Origin: Maritimibacter sp.
GTDB taxonomy: Bacteria > Pseudomonadota > Alphaproteobacteria > Rhodobacterales > Rhodobacteraceae
Reading direction: 5' to 3'
Assembly (NCBI GenBank): GCA_037379985.1
Contig: JARRIY010000001.1
Span: forward strand, 1-63,929
Length of the DNA stretch: 63,929 nucleotides
The stretch's first letter is position 1; every line of letters starts with the position of its first letter. The position numbers were made by a program, and so were the translations under genes. Under the pieces are notes generated by a model. The model had not been told where the DNA came from. It searched no databases and saw nothing but the letters and a program-made list of their open reading frames with translations. Shown here one piece after another: positions 1 through 7,678 of this stretch.

Positions 1-12
1 CCAGCCCGGCAA

Positions 13-378
13 TCAACCCAGCTCGCTATCGGGGAGCAAGTAATAATCGCCCATGTCTTCGGTAGGGATATGCTGGGTCAGATGCAGGCCGGTGGCGCCG
101 TCGACCGAGCCGAGGGAGAAGTCGATGACCTCGCCGCCGAGTTTTTGCCAGAACAGGGACGAGCCGCAGCGCGGGCAGAAGCCGCGCCGGGCGGTGTCGC
201 TGGCCTGATACCAGGCGGGGGTGCCGGTGATTTCATTGCCCGACAGCGGCACCCAGGCGGCGGCCCAATAATGGCCCGACTGCTTGCGGCATTGGCTGCA
301 ATGGCAGGCGGCGGCGCCTTCGGGGGCAGCGGTGACGGTGTAGCGGATATCGCCGCAGAGGCAGGAGCCGGTCAGCAT
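13..378 (-). CDS. GFA family (glutathione-dependent formaldehyde-activating / CENP-V-like) Zn-binding protein
   Basis: GSCLCG, CHCSQCRK and RGFCPRCGS Cys motifs; start reassigned to ATG 378, overlapping the end of the upstream GAF gene. Confidence 0.9.
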   Translation of the reverse strand: MLTGSCLCGDIRYTVTAAPEGAAACHCSQCRKQSGHYWAAAWVPLSGNEITGTPAWYQASDTARRGFCPRCGSSLFWQKLGGEVIDFSLGSVDGATGLHLTQHIPTEDMGDYYLLPDSELG

Positions 379-827
379 TGCGAAAACGCCTCGTGAAGGA
401 TGGCGCCGATCTCGCGCGCATCGGTTTCGGTGAAGGCGGCGGGCTGGTCGCTGTCGATATCGCAAACACCAATCAGATCGCCTGCACCATTATAGACCGG
501 TAGAACTAGCTCTGACCTTGTAGAGCTGGCGCAGGCGATATGACCGGGAAAAGCATCAACATCATCAACAAGTTGCACCTCGCCCGTGCGCGCCGCCGCA
601 CCGCAAACCCCGCGTGAAAACGGAATGCTCAGGCAGCCATGCCCGCCCTGATAGGGGCCGATTTTCATCAGCTCCGGCGCGACAACTCGATAAAATCCAG
701 TCCAGTCAAAACGGTCATCGGCATGGTGCAATTCGCAGGCCACAGTGGCCATCAGCGCCACCTCGTCACGCTCGCCCTCACACAGAGAAGCGATGGTTTT
801 CGTCAAATCCCGGTAATTCACCTGCAT
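372..827 (-). CDS. msrC: GAF-domain protein, free methionine-(R)-sulfoxide reductase-like
   Basis: WTGFY, IGPYQG, GVCGAAA, FPGHIAC and SELVLP motifs. Confidence 0.8.
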   Translation of the reverse strand: MQVNYRDLTKTIASLCEGERDEVALMATVACELHHADDRFDWTGFYRVVAPELMKIGPYQGGHGCLSIPFSRGVCGAAARTGEVQLVDDVDAFPGHIACASSTRSELVLPVYNGAGDLIGVCDIDSDQPAAFTETDAREIGAILHEAFSQC

Positions 828-971
828 ATGCGTCTCTCCACTACCTTGCGAAATGTCTTTGCCGATGAGCAGAATGATGACAAGTTATTTTGAAAATGGC
901 CCATGTTGCTTACCGAATTGTAAGGAAGCGCGGCTAGGGTCGGTCTCGAAGCGCAGCCACAGGAGAATGCA

Positions 972-1316
972 ATGGAACTCGTCTGCGAAGACTTGAATGA
1001 CGTCAGACTGATCAAGGTCAGGGAAGACCGGATCGACGCCGCCGTCGCCATTCAGTTCAAAGACAGGATGCGCGAAGAGACAGAGGATGGTCCGCCGCGC
1101 GTGCTGCTCGATATGTCGCGCGTCAATTTCCTTGATTCCTCCGGAATCGGTGCTGTTGTGGCTGCAAAAAAACAGCTTGGTCCTGAACGGGCGCTGGAAC
1201 TGGCCGGGCTGACCCCGGCGGTCGAAAAAGTGTTTCGCCTGACTCGCCTAGATTCGGTTTTCACGATCCATGCCGATGTTGCTGCGGCGACAGCCAATGC
1301 ACAACAAGCGGGTTGA
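972..1316 (+). CDS. rsbV: STAS-domain anti-sigma factor antagonist (RsbV/RbaV-like)
   Basis: LDMSRVNFLDSSG phospho-Ser motif; AGGAG RBS; adjacent to an RsbW-like gene. Confidence 0.9.
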   Translation: MELVCEDLNDVRLIKVREDRIDAAVAIQFKDRMREETEDGPPRVLLDMSRVNFLDSSGIGAVVAAKKQLGPERALELAGLTPAVEKVFRLTRLDSVFTIHADVAAATANAQQAG

Positions 1317-1328
1317 GTTTAGAGCGCA

Positions 1329-1820
1329 ATGGAACGGGTAAGGGCAAATATTCTGGAACCTGAGGGGCAGAGCAGATTGCGGCTGCACTTGCAGTTTCCG
1401 GGGGATGAGCATTCGGTACGCGCGGCCCTTCGGATCATGGTGTCTGAGCTGCATAAGACCAGCCATAATCCAGAGCTGCTTTCGACTGCCGAGCTGGTTC
1501 TGGCCGAAGTTCTGAACAATGTTGTTGAACATGCCTATGCCGACCATAACGACGGCGTCATTGATGTTGAGCTGACCCGCCTGCCTGAAGAGCTGCGTTT
1601 CTGTGTGCAGGATAATGGATCAGAGATGCCGGAAGGTGTGATTCCGGCTGGCGAGGCGCAGGATCTCGATGTTGCACTCGAAGACCTGCCGGAAGGCGGC
1701 TATGGCTGGTTCCTGATCCACGAACTGACCGATGGGCTATCCTACCAGCGCGAAAATGAACGCAATGAGCTGCGGTTCCGTGTGCCCATTCGCAAACATG
1801 CCGAAGGCGATCTGCTCTGA
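1329..1820 (+). CDS. rsbW: Anti-sigma factor Ser kinase, HATPase_c (RsbW/RbaW-like)
   Basis: AEVLNNVVEHAY N-box, DNG and EGGYGWFLI G-box. Confidence 0.9.
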   Translation: MERVRANILEPEGQSRLRLHLQFPGDEHSVRAALRIMVSELHKTSHNPELLSTAELVLAEVLNNVVEHAYADHNDGVIDVELTRLPEELRFCVQDNGSEMPEGVIPAGEAQDLDVALEDLPEGGYGWFLIHELTDGLSYQRENERNELRFRVPIRKHAEGDLL

Positions 1821-1933
1821 TCCGACTGGCGTGATGCGCGCTCGTTTCCGACCGGTGCCACCAAATAGCCCGATATTACTCCCAGTAGTGCCAGATTGTT
1901 CGACCAGATTGACAGGGTAGCTGCAAAGGCTTC

Positions 1934-1989
1934 CCTCGGTGCCGCGTATTTCAGCCCCTACCCAGTGCGCGGCGCCGAGGCTTTATTTT
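1934..1989 (+). terminator. 17-bp GC-rich hairpin with a C-rich loop and U-tract (terminator or 3' end of a candidate sRNA)
   Basis: CCTCGGTGCCGCGTATT (1934-1950) pairs with AGTGCGCGGCGCCGAGG (1964-1980), followed by CTTTATTTT. Confidence 0.65.
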
Positions 1990-2105
1990 GACTGTCCCGA
2001 CATGATGACGAGCATAATTGCGCAGGCTTGATCTGCGTGATGAGCCTATCTGTCGTGCCTCGCGGTCCTCCTGCGATCCGTCGCAGGTTTCAGCATGGTT
2101 GCAGT

Positions 2106-2125
2106 CCGGCCTGAGCCCGGCCTAA
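2106..2125. repeat. Degenerate REP-like element, copy 1
   Basis: CCGGCCTGAGCCCGGCCTAA is identical to 33416-33436 except for one indel; both are intergenic. Confidence 0.5.
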
Positions 2126-2149
2126 TCTCCCAACAACAGGGAGAGTTTC

Positions 2150-3733
2150 ATGCGCGATTTTCATCTGCCCGGCCGCTCGCCGGTTTTCGCCAGCAATGGC
2201 CTTGCCGCCACCTCGCATCCGCTGGCCTCGCTGACGGCGGTGAGCCTTTTGCAGGCCGGGGGCAATGCGGTGGATGCCGCCATTGGCGCGGCGATGGTGC
2301 TGAATATCTGCGAGCCGCAGATGACCGGGCTGGGCGGCGATTGCTTTGCGCTGGTGAAACCTGCGGGCGGTGAAGAGGTGATCACCCTCAATGGCTCCGG
2401 CCGTGCGCCTTCCGGGCTCGATGCTGAGGTGCTGCGCGGAGCCGGGCATAAGGCCGTGCCGATCCGCGATGTTGCCGCCGTTACCGTGCCCGGGGCCGTC
2501 GATGCCTTTTGTCGTCTGTCGGAAGCGCATGGCGCGCTGCCTCTCTCTGAGGTTCTGGCCCCCGCCATCCGCTATGCCGAAGAGGGCGTGCCGGTTGCGC
2601 CGCGCACCGGCTTTGATTGGGCGATTGCAGCGCGCGATGGCTATCTGATGAACGAAGCGGCGCGGCAGACCTATCTGCCGGGCGGGCAGGCCCCCGCGAC
2701 AGGGCAACGTTTCCGCGCCCCCGGTCAGGCCGAGGTGTTGCGCCGGATCGCCGCCGAAGGGCGCAAAGGGTTCTACGAAGGCGAAGTGGCCGAAGATCTG
2801 GTGGCCTCGCTGAACGCGCTGGGAGGCAGTCACACGCTGGCGGATTTCGCCGCGACCGAAGCCACTTGGGGCACGCCGGTTTCGGGCGAGTATCACGGCG
2901 TTGAGCTGCTCGAGCATCCGCCCAACGGGCAGGGGGCCACGGCCATTCTGATGGCGAATATCCTCAAGGAATTCGATCTGGCGAGCCTTGACCCGTTCGG
3001 GGCGCAGCGGGCGCATCTGGAGGCGGAGGCGGCCAAGCTCGCCTATGATGCGCGCAATCGCTTCATTGCCGACCGCACCACGCGGCTGGACCACATGCTG
3101 GCGCCGGAAACCGCGCGTCGTCTGGCGGCGCTAATCGATCCGACCCGCGTCATGGAAGCCGCTGCGCCGCTAACCGAAGCGGTGCATAAGGATACCGTGT
3201 ACCTCACCGTGGTGGATCGTGATCTGATGGCGGTGTCGCTGATCTATTCGGTCTATCATTCCTTTGGTTCAGGGCTGGCCTCGGACAAGTTCGGCATTCT
3301 CTACCAGAACCGCGGGGCGGGCTTCACGCTGGAGGCAGGCCATCCGAACGAGGCCGGGGGCGGCAAGCGGCCAATGCATACGATCATCCCTGCAATGTTG
3401 CGTGAAAACGGCCGGGTGGTGATGCCCTTCGGGGTGATGGGCGGGGCCTATCAGCCCAATGGCCATGCGCGGGTGCTGACCAATGTGGTCGATTACGGGC
3501 TCGATCCGCAATCCGCCATCGACGCGCCGCGTAGCTTTTCCGATGCCGGGGAGATGCAGGTCGAGCGCGGCTATAGCGATGCGGTGCGGGCTGAGCTTGC
3601 CGCGATGGGTCACAAGGTGGAGGTGCCGGAGGAGCCGCTGGGCGGCGCGCAGGCCATTCGTATCGATCATGAACGCGGCGTACTGCAAGGCGCATCAGAC
3701 CCCCGCAAAGACGGGGCCGCGCTGGGCTACTGA
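2150..3733 (+). CDS. ggt: Gamma-glutamyltransferase family protein
   Basis: GGNAVDAAI, GLGGDCF, HKDTVYLTVVD (nucleophilic Thr), KRPMHTIIP and SDPRKDG motifs. Confidence 0.93.
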   Translation: MRDFHLPGRSPVFASNGLAATSHPLASLTAVSLLQAGGNAVDAAIGAAMVLNICEPQMTGLGGDCFALVKPAGGEEVITLNGSGRAPSGLDAEVLRGAGHKAVPIRDVAAVTVPGAVDAFCRLSEAHGALPLSEVLAPAIRYAEEGVPVAPRTGFDWAIAARDGYLMNEAARQTYLPGGQAPATGQRFRAPGQAEVLRRIAAEGRKGFYEGEVAEDLVASLNALGGSHTLADFAATEATWGTPVSGEYHGVELLEHPPNGQGATAILMANILKEFDLASLDPFGAQRAHLEAEAAKLAYDARNRFIADRTTRLDHMLAPETARRLAALIDPTRVMEAAAPLTEAVHKDTVYLTVVDRDLMAVSLIYSVYHSFGSGLASDKFGILYQNRGAGFTLEAGHPNEAGGGKRPMHTIIPAMLRENGRVVMPFGVMGGAYQPNGHARVLTNVVDYGLDPQSAIDAPRSFSDAGEMQVERGYSDAVRAELAAMGHKVEVPEEPLGGAQAIRIDHERGVLQGASDPRKDGAALGY

Positions 3734-3746
3734 TCCCGGGTCGGGA

Positions 3747-4073
3747 TCAGTTCAGGTGGAAATGCAGGGGGTAGTGCCCGTCCTGAAACTCGCCGAACAG
3801 ATCGGGGAGGTCAGGATGCTCGACAGGCTCGCCGGAATAATCGGCAACCAGGTTTTGCTCTGACACATAGGCCACATAGAAATCCTGATTGTTCTCCGCC
3901 AGCAGGTGGTAGAACGGCTGATCTTTCGACGGCCGGTTTTCCTCGGGAATGGCTTCATACCACTCCTCGGAATTGGAAAACATCGCATCGACATCGAAGA
4001 CAACCCCGCGAAACGGGTGCTCACGATGGCGCACGACCTGCCCAAGATGATATTTTGCGCGAGATTTCAACAT
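3747..4073 (-). CDS. hspQ: Heat shock protein HspQ (YccV-like)
   Basis: AKYHLGQVVRHR, FRGVVFDVD, DQPFYHLLAEN and YVSEQNL motifs. Confidence 0.93.
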   Translation of the reverse strand: MLKSRAKYHLGQVVRHREHPFRGVVFDVDAMFSNSEEWYEAIPEENRPSKDQPFYHLLAENNQDFYVAYVSEQNLVADYSGEPVEHPDLPDLFGEFQDGHYPLHFHLN

Positions 4074-4361
4074 AGATTTTTCAGCCCTTAACCGATTAAT
4101 AAGACTTCGGCTCCGGGTTTGTCCATGCGGGCGGGCGCAAAAACGCGGAAACAGATTGTGAACCCAATTTTAACAGTGTTTTGTCGGGTTTTGAGCGATC
4201 TGTCTGGCCGGGTCTGCCGGGGCAGATGAGCGATTTGACGCTCAAATTTGCTGATTTTCTGAGAATCGCCTCGCTCCCACCCTGCCATCTGACATCCGGC
4301 TATTTCGCTGCGGGGCCTTTTCGGCTATGGTTAAAGAAAACAGAAAAGTTGCGAGGGGCAG

Positions 4362-4946
4362 ATGAGCAGACTTCTTCGCACGATCGCTATACTCCTGTTT
4401 GTCGCGTCCTGCGGCAATCGTGATTTTGAGGCGCCGAGCAATCTCGACGACGCCTGCGTGATCGTGAAGGAACGGCCGAAATACCTGCGGGCGATGCAGG
4501 AAACGGAACAGAACTGGCAAGTGCCGGTGCCGATGCAGATGGCCGTTATCTATCAGGAATCGAAATTCATCGGAAACAACCGAACGCCGATGAAATATCT
4601 ACTGGGGATCATCCCGATGGGGCGGCAAAGCTCGGCCTATGGCTATGCGCAGGCACTGGATGGCACCTGGGATGATTACAAGGATGCCCGTGGCGGCTGG
4701 CTTGCCAAGCGCGACAATATCTATCACGCGACCGATTTCATCGGTTGGTACATGGCGCATTCGAGCGAAAAGCTGGGCATTCCGCGCAGCGATGTGCGCA
4801 ACCAGTATCTGGCCTATCATGAAGGTTGGTCGGGCTATCGGCTTGGCACTCAAAATCGTAAAAGCTGGTTGCTGCGCATTGCCGGAGAAATCGAAGCGCG
4901 CGCTATTCTGTATGAGACGCAGTTGAGAAGTTGCGGCAAGCTGTGA
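4362..4946 (+). CDS. Lipoprotein, lytic transglycosylase (SLT-like) domain
   Basis: Lipobox FVASC; IYQESKF catalytic Glu motif; SSAYGYAQALDGTW; YLAYHEG. Confidence 0.85.
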   Translation: MSRLLRTIAILLFVASCGNRDFEAPSNLDDACVIVKERPKYLRAMQETEQNWQVPVPMQMAVIYQESKFIGNNRTPMKYLLGIIPMGRQSSAYGYAQALDGTWDDYKDARGGWLAKRDNIYHATDFIGWYMAHSSEKLGIPRSDVRNQYLAYHEGWSGYRLGTQNRKSWLLRIAGEIEARAILYETQLRSCGKL

Positions 4947-5006
4947 TCCTTGTCGCCTCTTCCCCGGGGCTGTAGCCTCGTCGGGGTGTGGCAAGGAGCA
5001 GGGCGC

Positions 5007-6338
5007 ATGGCAAAACACTGGCTGAGTATGAGCGCGGGCGATCTCGGGCGTGGGATTGGTGCGGGCGAGATTGATCCGGTGGCGCTGGCCGAAAGCTATT
5101 TCGATGCGATCCGCGAGCATCCACTGCAGGACCGCATCTATGCAAGGCTGACCGAGGAGCGCGCTTTGGCAGAGGCGAAGGCGGCGGCGCGTCGGGCGAA
5201 AGCAGGCACAAGGTTTGGCCCGCTCGACGGGGTGCCGGTTAGCTGGAAAGACCTGTTTGATACCGCAGGTACAGCCACCGAGGCAGGCTCTGCCCTGTTG
5301 TCAGGCCGGGTTCCTGATCGTGATGCTGTGGTGGTGCAAAACGCCACCGGTATGGGGCTGGTTGGGCTTGGCAAAACCCATATGTCAGAGCTTGCCTTTT
5401 CCGGGCTGGGGCTGAACCCGATCACCGAAACCCCGCCTTGCGTGAATGATCCCGAGGCGGTGCCCGGCGGGTCGTCATCTGGCGCGGCCACGTCGGTGGC
5501 CTTCAATCTGGCTCCGGTGGCGGTTGGATCCGATACTGGCGGCTCGGTGCGCATTCCGTCCGCCTGGAACGATCTGGTCGGGCTGAAAACCACCTCTGGC
5601 AGGTTATCACTGCAAGGCGTGGTGCCGCTGGTCGAAAGCTTTGATACCGTCGGGCCGCTCTGCCGTACTGTGGAAGATGCCGCGCTGATGCTCGCTGCAC
5701 TTGAGGGTCACGCGAAGGCACCCGACCTTGCCGAGGCCAGCCTGCGCGGCACCCGTTTTCTGATCCTTGAAAATGGTATGGCACAAGTGCGTGACGAGCC
5801 GCGTGCCGGATTTGAAAGCGCCATCGGGCGGCTGATGGATGCGGGGGCTGAGATGGAGCGCGCGCATATCGGCCTGATCGACGAAGCGCTCAGCATGTCG
5901 GCGATCCTATATGTCACCGAAGCCTGGGCGATCTGGCGCGATGTGATCGAAGCCGCCCCCGACAAGATGTTTCGCGAAATTCTAGCGCGGTTTCGGGCGG
6001 GCGGCACATTCGGTGCATCTGACTATATCGCCGCTTGGCGTCGGTTGCGGGAAATTCGGGAGGAATATCATTGCCTTGTATCCGGGTTCGATGCGGTTCT
6101 ATTGCCCACCACGGCGATCATGCCGCCGAATGCGGCGCGGCTTTTGAGCGATCATGATTACTATGTCAGCGAGAACCTTGCCGCGCTTGATAACACCCGC
6201 ATCGGCAATCTGATTGGTGGCGCGGCACTGACCCTGCCGACAGGTCTGCCCTCAACCGGGATCATGCTGATGGGGCCGCCGATGAGCGAAGAACGCCTGC
6301 TGCGTCTGGGGGCTGCGGTCGAGAAAGCCCTGGCCTGA
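5007..6338 (+). CDS. Amidase signature family protein
   Basis: WKDLFD, PGGSSSG and GSDTGGSVRIPS motifs; start moved to ATG 5007 after AGGAG. Confidence 0.92.
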   Translation: MAKHWLSMSAGDLGRGIGAGEIDPVALAESYFDAIREHPLQDRIYARLTEERALAEAKAAARRAKAGTRFGPLDGVPVSWKDLFDTAGTATEAGSALLSGRVPDRDAVVVQNATGMGLVGLGKTHMSELAFSGLGLNPITETPPCVNDPEAVPGGSSSGAATSVAFNLAPVAVGSDTGGSVRIPSAWNDLVGLKTTSGRLSLQGVVPLVESFDTVGPLCRTVEDAALMLAALEGHAKAPDLAEASLRGTRFLILENGMAQVRDEPRAGFESAIGRLMDAGAEMERAHIGLIDEALSMSAILYVTEAWAIWRDVIEAAPDKMFREILARFRAGGTFGASDYIAAWRRLREIREEYHCLVSGFDAVLLPTTAIMPPNAARLLSDHDYYVSENLAALDNTRIGNLIGGAALTLPTGLPSTGIMLMGPPMSEERLLRLGAAVEKALA

Positions 6339-6470
6339 CCCCTATCTTGGTCAAAAAGCCACAACTCGCGATTACAACCGGCGGGATTCCATGGCTTTTT
6401 CTGGACCAAACCCGGGCGACACGCTATTCTGGCCACAAATCGGGGCGACAATGATCCCGAATACTGAGGC

Positions 6471-7664
6471 ATGATGAGCAATTTAACGTTCCCAGAGCGG
6501 TTTTCCGGGCTGCCGGATTACATCTTTCCGCGTTTGCGGACGCTTCTCGACGCATATGCGCCGGGCGGGCCGGTGGTGCATATGACCATTGGCGAGCCGC
6601 GCCACGCGATGCCGGATTTCGTTGGGGATGTGATTGCGGAAAACCTCGCAGGCTTTGCCAATTACCCGCCGAATAACGGCACGCCGGATCTTCTTTCCGC
6701 AATCTCTGCCTGGCTGAACCGCCGCTATGGCGTTGATATTGATCCTGAAACTCAGATCATGGCGCTGAATGGCACGCGCGAAGGGCTGTTTAACGCCGCC
6801 GTTGCGCTCTGCCCCGAAGACATTCGCGGGCAAAAGCCTGTCGTTCTGATCCCCAACCCGTTTTATCAGGTCTATGCCATTGCCGCGCTGGCGGTGGGGG
6901 CTGAGCCTGTCTTTGTGCCTGCGACGGCTGAAACCGGCTTTCTGCCCGATTTCTCGGCCGTGCCGCGCGATATTCTGAACCGCACCGCCATTGCCTATCT
7001 TTGTTCGCCCTCCAACCCGCAAGGCGCGGTGGCCGGGCGCGATGATTGGGCCGGGCTGATCGCGCAGGCGGAGAAGTTCGGTTTCCGCATCTTTGCCGAT
7101 GAATGCTATTCCGAGATCTATCGCGACACGCCGCCGCCGGGGGCGCTGGAAGTGGCCATCGAAGGCGGTGCTGATCCTGAGCGGGTGCTGACATTCCAGT
7201 CGCTGTCAAAACGTTCCAACCTGCCGGGGCTGCGCTCTGGGTTCGTTGCGGGTGGGCCGGAAAATATTGATAATATCAGGCGCTTGCGGGCCTATGCCGG
7301 TGCACCGATGCCGCTGCCGCTTCAGCGGGTGGCCGAGCGGGCTTGGGCGGATGAGGCGCATGTCGAGGCCTCGCGTGCGCTCTATCAGGAAAAATACGCA
7401 ATCGCCGACGAGGTGTTTGCCGATGTGCCGGGCTATCTGCCGCCCGAAGCTGGGTTCTTTCTCTGGCTTCCGGTCGAGGATGGCGAAACGGCGGCGCTGA
7501 AGCTTTGGCGTGAGACCGGCATCCGGGCTATCCCGGGCAGCTATTTTGCCCGCGATGTCGATGGGCAGAACCCGGGCAAGGGATATATCAGGGTCGCTTT
7601 GGTGGCCCCGAAAGATGAAACCAAGCAGGCGCTGATCACACTCCGGCGCTGCCTGTACGAATAA
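6471..7664 (+). CDS. dapC: PLP-dependent class I/II aminotransferase (succinyldiaminopimelate aminotransferase-like)
   Basis: NGTREGLF, CSPSNPQG, DECYSEIY and SLSKRSNLPGLRSG (PLP lysine). Confidence 0.8.
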   Translation: MMSNLTFPERFSGLPDYIFPRLRTLLDAYAPGGPVVHMTIGEPRHAMPDFVGDVIAENLAGFANYPPNNGTPDLLSAISAWLNRRYGVDIDPETQIMALNGTREGLFNAAVALCPEDIRGQKPVVLIPNPFYQVYAIAALAVGAEPVFVPATAETGFLPDFSAVPRDILNRTAIAYLCSPSNPQGAVAGRDDWAGLIAQAEKFGFRIFADECYSEIYRDTPPPGALEVAIEGGADPERVLTFQSLSKRSNLPGLRSGFVAGGPENIDNIRRLRAYAGAPMPLPLQRVAERAWADEAHVEASRALYQEKYAIADEVFADVPGYLPPEAGFFLWLPVEDGETAALKLWRETGIRAIPGSYFARDVDGQNPGKGYIRVALVAPKDETKQALITLRRCLYE

Positions 7665-7678
7665 CAACGAGGTGAGGC

